Positions 13,035 through 23,734 of a stretch of DNA of 64,000 nucleotides are shown piece by piece. Under the pieces are notes generated by a model that searched no databases, was not told the DNA's origin, and saw only the letters and a list, made by a program, of their open reading frames with translations. Origin of the DNA: Eledone cirrhosa (taxonomy: Eukaryota); contig OZ024740.1 in assembly GCA_964016885.1 (NCBI GenBank), positions 189,472,001-189,536,000 on the forward strand. Direction: 5' to 3'. The translations under genes were made by a program, and so were the position numbers. The number at the start of each line of letters is the position of its first letter. Positions within the stretch are counted from its first letter, which is position 1.

Positions 13035-14416
13035 GGGATAACAGATTATTGTTATAGGTAGTCCACTTATGTGTAGTCCAGTTAGGGTACTCCGAGTAGT
13101 GGATGATATCAATGCTCGGCTAAGTTTGACTCAACAAGGCGTTTCCATAGTGATGCTGCGAGTACGCGGTAATTTCTATGTTGTTAACACTTGGAGTAAT
13201 GATAAATCAAGAAGAAGAGTGACACTGTTTGCTCTACAAAAAAGGTTTTTAATCACATTGCTGGCAATTGTTTCGCGTCTTTTGATCACCAATACATAGT
13301 TGTAACCAGTCAATTCATCAGAGCTAGCGAGAATGAAGGGAATACACAGGCATGGCTTTTATATATAGTAATGGCATTCAATCAGAACAATAACAACAAT
13401 ACTAACATTGCTAGCAATACATTGTTTGAAATAATCACATCAATCTAATTAAGACATAGAGTATACCTACCACTTTAGCATGTAAAACGAGCTGATATGA
13501 GGCAGATGTATGAAATTGCCATGTAAAAGCTGTCATGGGTGTATTATATATATAGTGTAGAGATAAGCCGGGGCTTTAAACAATGTAACATTTCCTTTAC
13601 CGTAGGTCTGGTAACCGTAAGAATTATTTATTATCTGACAGATAAAACATTTATCATTGTAGTGAGGATAGTAATATTTGTGGTGTGAAATGGATTCAAT
13701 ATTTATGTGGTCTATATTAGATGAAGGGATCGTGAGTTTGAATCATGGGGTTGTTTAGCTTTCACATTATTAATAACATACATGTATAAGATAGCATTAA
13801 CAGAGTAGCAATATAATAGGTAAGTTAATACAGAGGTTAAGGAGGCAATATATATATATAGAGAGAGAAAGCATGCTGACTACAATTATAACAACAGGAG
13901 GAAGGTGATGTTTTTCTGTGGTAGTATTCCAAAAATGTACTTGGATTTATGTTCATCTGTTGAGAGTCTAGCGTGAGGAAGTTGGGTTGACAGCAGCTGA
14001 GAAGGGATATATTTATGGGTTGATAAGATATTTGCAGACATTACTGTGGTGTAGAATTAAGAAGGATATAATCTGCTTAATGATTATAGTTCTGTGGTGG
14101 TCCGTGTAATAGTGTGGGTATCATATGTTGAATGGTAAGTTATGTTGGTTCGATTCACGGAGGCTTAAATCTTGTGAATTTAGTGGCGAACCTGTGTCTG
14201 CAGAAAATTGATCTTTCTATCTTGTTGTTGATTAGCCTCTTTTCATTCCTAAGGATATACAGTAATTCAAGATCACAGAGCTTACAGTAGGACATACCGG
14301 TACTGTAAGCCCTTCCAACGACAAGCTCGACCAGTTGATATTGTAGTTGGTGTTATTGTCCTTAAGTTCGCAGATTTTTTTGGCGAGGGTTGTAGAACCC
14401 ATAAGTGTTTCTTTCT

Positions 14417-14421
<5 letters not shown>
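13032..14421 (-). mobile_element. Naiad-like PLE 3' fragment related to the 37.6-44.5 kb element
   Basis: Minus translation near 14170-14320: AYSTGMSYCKLCDLELLYIL..NNKIERSIFCRH. 13032-13220 aligns with 44290-44480. HHR relic at 13260-13324. Both ends in (TA)n. Confidence 0.85.
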
Positions 14422-14471
<50 letters not shown>

Positions 14472-14480
<9 letters not shown>

Positions 14481-15294
14481 AAGTGTAATGAATTCTTTTA
14501 CAATAGAATTAGCTCGAAGAAAGAAATATTTCTGAGCCGTGTATAAACTAATATATATGATGAAACACAAATACCAACACATCTGTATTTATATTGCAAA
14601 AGAAAATTTATCCAGAATGAAGTATACTAATTATAATATTACAGTTTGTTCATATCGATTTAAAATAATAAATCAACAAAGACGAACTGCAGTGCCAAAT
14701 GGCCATGATGTTTAGACACATTTAAATTTCAAAATCAAACCTGTTCCGTAGATAAGTTTAAACTTTAAAATCCAAATATGTTTCGAGATGAATAAGTGTA
14801 AGGAATATCATGTCCTGCTCTCTTCAGTAAACATCTAGGGACAAATTGATATGCTTCACTTCTAAATAATTTAAAAGACTGTGTAACACACATGATTCAC
14901 AGTTTCTAGCTAGCCTCATAACCGTACTGCTAGAAATAACAGTCGTATATATGAGGCTACGTTCAGCTCAACCTAAGGAGCAATTATATTATTAAGTGTA
15001 ATGAATTCTTTTACAATGGAATTAGCTCGAAGAGAGCAGGACATGATATTCCTTACACTTATTCATCTCGAAACATATTTGGATTTTAAAGTTTAAACTT
15101 ATCTACGGAACAGGTTTGATTTTGAAATTTAAATGTGTCAAAACATCATGGCCATTTGGCAATGCAGTTCGTCTTATTATTTTAAATCGATATGGACAAA
15201 CTGTAATATTATAATTAGTATACTTCATTCTGGCTAAATTTTCTTTTGCAATATAAATACAGATGTGTTGGTATTTGTGTTTCATAATATATAT

Positions 15295-15303
<9 letters not shown>
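14472..15303. mobile_element. Non-coding unit of about 514 nt with start of a tandem copy and an inverted copy (retrozyme-like family 2)
   Basis: 14472-14520 is repeated at about 14986-15033. 15030-15303 is the reverse complement of about 14542-14822. Homologous to 59758-60825. HHR-like CTGAAGA GAG..CTC GAAA on minus at 14771-14831. Confidence 0.75.
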
Positions 15304-15329
<26 letters not shown>

Positions 15330-15331
<2 letters not shown>

Positions 15332-17715
15332 AAAAAGTATGACCCGACGGCAGAGCTAAAGCCGTTTCGACGGCTATTTCTGGACTAAATTAGAATGTTC
15401 AGCCTGGTGAATAAAGAGCCGAAATTGCCAAGGGGGTACTTCCTTATATGGGAAATTGTAGTTGTCAAGAGGATTGGTTAAAATTTGTTGTAAACACAAA
15501 TAAGTTTATCATGGCATTTGGTGGGAGCTGAACTTGCCTGCAGAACAATAGAGGAGTCAGTGGAGCGGTCAAGCATTGAGAGAGATATGTATACAGCATA
15601 TTCTGAGGATAGTGTATGAAGTGGAGGAGGGAGGTTATAGAATAGGTAAATCGAATGAGAGTAGGAGACAATAAATAGTACTAGAAAAAAAAAAATTAGA
15701 TAGTGAGAAATGAATAAAAAAAATCACAATGCTATCTTACAATTAGAGGTTAATAAGTTGAGAATAGATAAAAACTTGTAGAAATTACAAAACTGATACA
15801 AAATTAAAGGGGTTTAACACATCTGCTACAAGTAGTTAGTAAAATGTATTCGGTCAATTCTATTTTAAAATTACAGGGTGGGTGGAAGTGATGCTACAGA
15901 GGCCTGATGGGCTGCATCGGGGTAGGCGAAATGGGAAAAGCAGACGAGGAAGAAAATAGGGAGTGGAAGGAAGTGATAGGATGAGACAGGGGGAAGAAGA
16001 AGACAAAGAGGAAAAGAAAAGAAATACATCTACCTATGTAAGCTGGGGTTTCCCCTAACTTACTCAGCAAGTGGGGGGGGGGGGATATACGCCTTTGTCT
16101 ACCTACCCGGGTCATTATGGGGGCGAGGTAAGTCCTACGCAATATGTATTTGCATGCGGTTACGAGTTCGGCTTTCTTGTTTAGGAGTTGGTCCTTCGAA
16201 AACAGCATTTGTAATGTTTCATACGAGCATAAGTTACACGGACAGCGTCCTCCCGCGTAAGAGTTAGCTCTGGACAGTAAGCTCCAAGTGAGATTGTAGG
16301 TTATATTATTATCTTGGATGTCCGAGATGTGTCCGAAATTGTAGTGGCATGTCGCCGGACCAGGTTTCGGAAAGTATGTCGGTATTGGTAGAGCCGGGTC
16401 TTGAAGTCACACGCGGTTAATCCTATATAAGCTTTGTTGGAGGTGTCCGTCCTCACGTTGCACTGGTAGATCACGTTACGTTCGCGGCATTTGTTGTTGA
16501 GGGGGCACCTAGATCTATCAGGGCAGTTACACCTCCTGGTCGGCACTCCACTGATGTCTAGGTTATTTCTTCCATAGGGGTTGAGTTTTCTGTTGTTTGA
16601 GGAGACGATGTTTTGTGCGAAGTTAGGTGTGGTGCTGTATGAGAGTTTGATGGTGTTTTTGTTGATTATGTTGTGGTAGCGGTGTTGTAGTGGGAAGGGT
16701 TTTTCGATGAGCCTAAAGAAGATTTTCCCGATAGGTGTTGCCACCTCGGCATTATGGGGAGGATTGAACCACGTTACGTTGCGTGAGCGGCGGTGTCGCC
16801 TGCTGGTTCCGCTAAGGGAAGCTGGATAAAAGGATATTTCCTCCCGGAAGCCACTCCGCTTGAGGGCCTGGTTGTAATGAGGTGTGTGTTCGTCGAATAT
16901 CTGCTCATTAGCGGACAAACGAGATATGCGGAGGGAAATGTTTTTAACCAGGTTATTGGTGACGTTTCTAGGATGGTTACAGCGGCGCTGGAGTAGTGCA
17001 GGTTTTCGTTTGGTTTCCGGTATCGGTAGTACAGATAATTTTCGAGGTTAAGGGTAACGTCCAGGAAATTGACTCGATTTAGGGACGTTTGTAGGGTGAT
17101 TTTAAATCCACAGTCCCGGAAGAAGATGATTAGTTATATGCGGACCCGGTCTGTACTAGTGGGGTTGTATCCTTTGAGGGTGAGGAGCCCATCATCCCGG
17201 TACAATCTACCGCCGAATGCAGGAAACATTTCGGTGAGATTAAATAGTAGGAATAATCCTATAAGATCTGTGACCTCGGCCGAATCCGTCGCACCCATAC
17301 TGACGTCGAAGGTGGAGTCGGGATCTCTCTTCATCAACTTGGAGTTGTCGAAATGTAGGACAGTCTTCTTGGCGTGGGGACTGATATTTCTCTCATGGTT
17401 GAGGAATATGGAGGACAAACTAGACACAAAATTCGTCCATTTTCACATAGAGAGTTACTATGTATCTACTACCTTACCGCTCCTTACGGCAACCTTGCGC
17501 TTTGCCGAAACACTCACAACCATCACTGACCAGGAAAGAAATATCATTCTCCACGCGAGGAAGAGTACTAGAAATGTTTCAGCTTCCTGCTGATTTCTCA
17601 TGAATGAAACAGTTCTAGTCCTGTAGAAGCTCTTCTATATTAAAACCTTTATACTCTGCTATGTATTGAGTACCTTACTTACTGTGGTTAACTCCGATTC
17701 AACCCGGAATAATTT

Positions 17716-17720
<5 letters not shown>
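15330..17720 (-). mobile_element. 5'-truncated Naiad-like PLE (RT plus GIY-YIG) with inverted 5' segment
   Basis: RT motif FDVSMGATDSAEVTDLIG..LYRDDGL (17134-17427). VTWFNPP, CNC..CPLNNKC, VIY..AYIG (16301-16918), and LLNKKAELVTAC further on. About 17430-17570 is RT sequence on the plus strand, followed by a plus-strand terminus. Both ends in (TA)n. Confidence 0.9.
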
Positions 17721-17781
<61 letters not shown>

Positions 17782-17906
17782 CTGTGTGTGTGTTATATAT
17801 ATATATATATATATAATACATATATATTATATATATATATAGAATATATATTATATATATATTATATAATATATATGTTATATGTGAATATATAAAATAT
17901 ATATTA

Positions 17907-19026
17907 TCATAATCTATAAAGCTCAGTGTGTGGTCATGCTCCTTTCTTATAGAAATCTACGATATAGAATTTCTTCAATTGAAATTTACAATTCAGTATT
18001 CGAAATAGTTTCGATTGCGTCTTGGCACATCTCATTTTTTCAATTTCACCTACAATTACGCAACAAATAGATAAAACTCAATATTTTACGATTTTTCTCT
18101 ATGATTTAAACTGCTAAACTCTTTCCACTACCATTCAAAATCTATACAACTTAATACTTTCTGCTACTTTCTCTTTCCAAGCTTGATGGTGATACTGTCC
18201 GTTTTACTCTCTCATATCATGTGCTTACCTCTATCTAAAACTCACACATTTTGCTACTTTCTTTTTTATACTTCAAATTATTACATTTCATACAAAACGA
18301 CAATTATTCAAAAGCAACAAATACATTTATTCAACAAGAAGCGATAAATCTTTTTTAAAACCTCTTTTCCAAACGCATACAAACACACACTCACTTCAAG
18401 AACAACAACAACAATCTGCCTTTTATAGATACACTCCCTACTGTCTTAAATTTAGAAAACACATATCCTCTATGAGGTTACTAAACCTGCTAGAAATAGC
18501 AGCTAATTCTCCCGCATATCACACCCATCCCTACTGTCTTAAATTTAGAAAACATATCATCTATGAGGTCACTAAACCTGCTAGAAACAGCAGCTAACTC
18601 TCCTCCATATCACACTACTCCCTACTGTCATAAATCTAGAAAACACATATCCTCTATGAGGTCACTAAAAGTGCTAAAAACAACAGCTAACTCTCCCTCA
18701 TATCACAACCCTCCCTACTGTCTTAAATTTAGAAAACACACAGACAACCATGCAGAACAACTCCATCGCAGCTCTGTTGTTCGGCTAGCATCGTCTACGC
18801 GCGTGCTGCGCAAGTACTGTGAAACAATAAATTTCAACACTTTTTTGCACAGAGATAATATCCATAGGCGAAACTACAATTGTCACTGCTGGCGCAGCTC
18901 CTGCTTCCAGATCTGCAATTCATTCACCCAGTGCCTTGCAGACAAAAAAGTGCTGCCATAAAATGGGTGGTGCAACCTAATTTTGGTCACTTAATGACCC
19001 CGAGCAACGCCGGGCTTTAATGCTAG
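17907..19026 (+). mobile_element. Non-autonomous Helitron
   Basis: Starts A|TC (TCATAATCTATAAAGCT; 17913 is an alternative start). Ends with the hairpin CCCGAGCAACGCCGGG, a short spacer and CTAG|T at 19023-19027. No TSD seen. Confidence 0.75.
18435..18740 (+). repeat. 91-93 bp minisatellite, about 3.3 copies, inside the Helitron
   Basis: TCCCTACTGTC recurs at 18435, 18528, 18619 and 18712. Confidence 0.92.
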
Positions 19027-19111
19027 TATATATATATAATATATATATGATATATATACTATATATATAATACATATAATATATATATTATCTATATATA
19101 TAATATACATA

Positions 19112-19297
19112 ATTGTTTCTACTTTAGGCACAAGGCCAGCAATTACCCAGTGCATCACTAGTACTTTATTTTATCGACCCCGTAAGGATGAAAGGCAAAG
19201 TCAACCTCGGCGGGATTTGAACTCAGATCTTAAAAGGACGTAACTATTCTTGAAAGCATGGCGTCCGACCCTCTACCGATACTGCCAATCCCGCCCT
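19112..19297 (-). mobile_element. tRNA-derived SINE, same family as 1536-1718
   Basis: Highly similar to the 1.5 kb copy. A box TGGCAGTATCGGTAG and B box GAGTTCAAATCCC on minus. Confidence 0.85.
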
Positions 19298-19485
19298 AAT
19301 AACATATATATATAATATATATAATATATATATATGATATATATATATAATGTATATATATATAATATATAAAAATAATACATATATATATATGATATAT
19401 ATATATATTATATATATGTATTATATATATATTATATATATAATACATATATAATATATATATTATATATAAAAATATATATAAA

Positions 19486-19516
<31 letters not shown>

Positions 19517-19610
19517 GATATATATGTATATATATATTAAATATATATAATATATATATATAATATACATATAATATATATATGTTATATATATATATAT
19601 AATATATAAT

Positions 19611-19663
<53 letters not shown>

Positions 19664-19830
19664 GTTAAATTTAATTTCGTTTCGTTATTTCTTTTTATCG
19701 TTTCCGCTGAACCGGTGCGTACAATGACTCACGTTCTATGCAAATTGGTCTGCCCACTACTAATTTTCATAGAAAAAGCATATAACGATATATGCTTTTA
19801 CGATTCTCTAGAGAAGCCGGAAGATGGGTA

Positions 19831-19875
19831 AATATTGCTGATGAGATGTAATAACATCGAAACTAGTCCAATATT
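19831..19875 (+). ncRNA. Intact minimal type I hammerhead ribozyme
   Basis: AATATTG CTGATGA GATGT aata ACATC GAAA CTAG TC CAATATT: 7-bp stem I, 5-bp stem II, palindromic ACTAGT stem III, GUC cleavage after 19868. Confidence 0.93.
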
Positions 19876-20301
19876 CCTGTCTGGCTCTCTGTAGAATAGA
19901 GGAAAGGTGTTTCCTTGAAAACCCGTATGACTCTAAAACCCGGTTTGTCTGTTTGGTTACATACAGACTAGCTAGACACTCACAGTAAAGTGTCCAGTGA
20001 AAAACTCGGTACATGTACATATGTATACGTGTGTGTATTTATATGCATACTAGTATTTCAGTATACATATGTGGATGCACACTTTTAACTTAATTGTTTA
20101 AGCGTCAGTCATACAAAAGTGAGTTACAAACGAAACGAAATTTAATTTCGTTTCGTTATTTGTTTTTATCGTTTCCGCTGAACCGGTGCGTACAATGACT
20201 CACGTTCTATGCAAGTTGGTCTGCCCACTACTAATTTTCATAGAAAAAGCATATAACGATATATGCTTTTACGATTCTCTAGAGGAGCCGGAGGATGGGT
20301 A

Positions 20302-20346
20302 AATATTGCTGATGAGATGTAATAACATCGAAACTAGTCCAATATT
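20302..20346 (+). ncRNA. Intact minimal type I hammerhead ribozyme, second unit
   Basis: Identical to 19831-19875. Confidence 0.93.
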
Positions 20347-20632
20347 CCTGTCTGGCTCTCTGGGGAATAGAGGAAAGGTGTTTCCTTGAAAACCCGTATG
20401 ACTCTAAAACCCGGTTTGTCTGTTTGGTTACATACAGACTAGCTAGACACTCACAGTAAAGTGTCCAGTGAAAAACTCGGTACATGTACATATGTATACT
20501 TGTGTGTATTTATATGCATACTAGTATTTCAGTATACATATGTGGATGTACACTTTTAACTTAATTGTTTAAGCGTCAGTCATACAAAAGTGAGTTATAA
20601 ACGAAACGAAATTTAATTTCGTTTCGTTATTT

Positions 20633-20702
<70 letters not shown>

Positions 20703-20708
20703 TATAAT

Positions 20709-20885
20709 TATTTCTAGTTTTGGCACAAGGCTAGAAATTACCCAGTAGATTACTGGTACGTTATTTTATCCACCCCGTAAGGATGAAAGGCAAAGTTGAC
20801 CTCGGCGGGATTTGAACTCAGAATGGAAAGGGCCGTAATTCTATGCGTCAAAGTATGTCCGACCCTCTACCGATATTGCATATCC
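20709..20885 (-). mobile_element. tRNA-derived SINE, same family
   Basis: Aligns with 1536-1718. Confidence 0.8.
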
Positions 20886-21085
20886 ATATAATATATATAT
20901 ATATGAAATATATATAATATATATATGATATATATATAATATATATATATAACACTTATATAATATATATAAAAGATATATATATATAATATATATATAA
21001 AATATATATATATGATATATATATAATATATATATATATTAAATATATAATATATGTATTATATATATATTAAATATATAATACA

Positions 21086-21562
21086 AATCACAGAGGCCAT
21101 AAACATAAATGAACTCCAACCAAAATTAAATAGAAAACATGAATGGACCAGCAACATCACAACTTACAATTAAGGACAAAATGAAAACACACATAGAACA
21201 AACAACCAACCAGTAAAATGTAAATAAACAAATAAATAAACAAATATAAACACACCCAGACACCCGGATGTAACACATGCGCAAACTAAGCACACAACAC
21301 ACACGAACACAAGATGGCGTAGGACAGAACAAAGGAGAGGCACAAAAACAAAGAAAATAATCCCCAGTCACTGAAGAGATCACAGAATGTGCGACGAAAG
21401 AACTTTGACAATATATAAACAATCATCTGGTTGTGGAACCAACCAACCAACAGGAAATTTATAAATTCCTAAATTTATAAATTTATTATAATAAATAGAA
21501 GTGAAAGCATCGGGTGCGTGTGTTTCTTATTGGCAACATGACCCTCCCAAAGTATAACAATA
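21086..21562 (+). mobile_element. PLE 3' end (last GIY-YIG codons plus pseudo-LTR) with hammerhead at 21367-21409
   Basis: EAININELQPKLNRKHEW; GTCA CTGAAGA..GAAA GAAC TT TGAC; terminus ATGACCCTCCCAAAGTATAACAATA. Closely similar to 29115-29589. Confidence 0.85.
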
Positions 21563-21689
21563 TATAATATATTTATATATCATATATATATATATTGTAT
21601 ATATATGATATATATAATATATATAATATATGTATAATATATATTATGTATTATATATATGTAATACATATATTATATATAATAACTTA

Positions 21690-23460
21690 AACTAAATAGA
21701 TACGCCTTTAGCCGTTGACGTTGTCTCCCTCTCCATTACAGTCCCCGCTCATCCAACTGTCGATATGTTGACGGACTGCGTGGTTCCAGATGACATTCAT
21801 TGCTACGGCCTCCATCCGACGGATATACACCAGCTTTTGTCCTTCACAGTTGACAACACGTACTTCACCTTTCACCACCACACATACAGACAGACAACAG
21901 GATTACCCATGGGATCCAGCCTATGGGGCCTGCTGGCCATTACCTATATGAACCAGCTAAAATGCCGAGCCCTCAATACCTACCATTCCCATACGTTCTT
22001 CACCCGATATGTAGATGACATACTCATCCTAACATCATCGCGTGAGGAGGCGGATGAATTATACACGACATTCTCCCACATGGACGCCAGTATAAAGTTC
22101 AGCACGGAACACCCCGATGACCGCGGATCCCTATCTCTACCGGACTTCCAACTTAGGGTAACAGAGGGAGGCAACATCCACACCTGCTTCTATTAAAAAT
22201 CCGCCTGCGGGGACCTGTTCGTACATTTCAGATCAGCCCTCCCAGCCGGCGCTAAGTTCGGATACATAAGGAACGAACTCACACGTATCCGGAACAAATG
22301 CACCGTTGCTAAAGACACACACACCACACATTTCCCGGAAGTACTCAAACTGAACGCATACGCGACGTCCACCACGAACCGTGCCAGAAAGAACAGAGGA
22401 CACCAAACCCGAGGAACTAACACCTGCTTCCTGAAGCTCCAACACTTCAGTGACGAAACAACAACAGCCATCCGCAGAACTATCAGACGAGAGGGACTAG
22501 ATATCCAACTAGCCCACTCAGGACCTTCTCTACGCGGACAGCTAACCAAAAGACACTCCACTAGACATGACAGCCGCTACAGGCTAGCCAACTGCCCCAT
22601 CAACGACACAAACCAACTGCCCCATCAACGACACAGGCTTACGTCGTATACTGATTAGAGTGCGACAAATGCAGCAACTTCTACGTAGGTAGCACCACCA
22701 GACCGACCACTTCATAAAAATAAAAGAACACCTCAATACTAACGCTTTCTCATTTAACAAACACCTAGGGAAATTCAAAAACACCGACAAAAGCATAACA
22801 GTTAGGATAGAAACTAAGGAAAGAAACCTCGGCAATCTTAGAATTAAGGAAGAACTGATTATAGATAAAACAGAACCACCAATCAATAATAGACTAGAAC
22901 TCAACACCCAATTTATAACTTGATAGAACACCTAGCTCCACACTTACACCCCCCTCTCACACACACGCATACGTACACACATACGCACTCACACACACAC
23001 ACGCTTACACTTCCACTTATTCTCTCTCACACACACACATACACACACAAAGACGAGTTTTAACATGATAGAGCATATAGCCCCCAGATTTACGTACAGA
23101 CGTATCTTCTCTCTCTCACACACACACATACTTACGTCTTCACGTATTCTCCCACACACTTAAACAGACATGTACAAAACCCCTTTTGAAGGGAGACTAC
23201 TCTTTATCCACCTAACCTTCATTCTTTGACATTAGAGATAGAACAGAATCTCTAAACCATTTCCTGTCAGCATGACTGGCACGCTATTTAGAACGCTGGT
23301 TGAACCACTTTACTTCCCTCAGAAGAAGAGACTCGAAAATTAAGGATATTTAAGTAAATTTAAGGTAAAAGACTAATTGTCAACAATATCTTTTGCATTT
23401 GCATTTATATTCTATATCCATATCTGCATTCTTTTGGCCTTACAACTACAAACGTTTATA
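21690..23460 (+). mobile_element. 5'-truncated Penelope/Poseidon-like PLE pseudogene
   Basis: AVDVVSL, YRQTTGLPMGS and RYVDDI (21765-22196). GIY-YIG relic FYVGST..IKEH..LRIKEELI (about 22650-22920). Decayed HHR at 23317-23345. Homologous to 56.6-59.3 kb. Confidence 0.88.
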
Positions 23461-23734
23461 TAATATATATTATATATATATATATATATTATATATATAT
23501 ATATCATATATAAATTATATATATATATATATCTTATATATATATTATATTTGTATTATATATATATATTATATATATATCATATATATATTATATATAT
23601 TATATATACATAATATATATATATTATATAATATTATATATATATATTATATATATATATATATACATATATATATAGCGGCGATGAATTAGTTTTGCGA
23701 GGTTTTTTATATGAAATCGTGTGTCGAAACAAAT

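Larger units (their letters stand above)
19660..20636 (+). mobile_element. Tandem 471-nt retrozyme-like repeat (2 units plus a partial)
   Basis: Near-identical direct repeat with period 471, one hammerhead per unit, no recognisable coding content, embedded in (TA)n. Confidence 0.9.

Noticed and set aside
18489-18501. GCTAGAAATAGCA matches part of the SpCas9 sgRNA scaffold, and the 92-bp repeat looks array-like
   Set aside because: A 13-nt chance match. The units are fully repeated with no unique spacers, there are no cas genes, and the context is eukaryotic.
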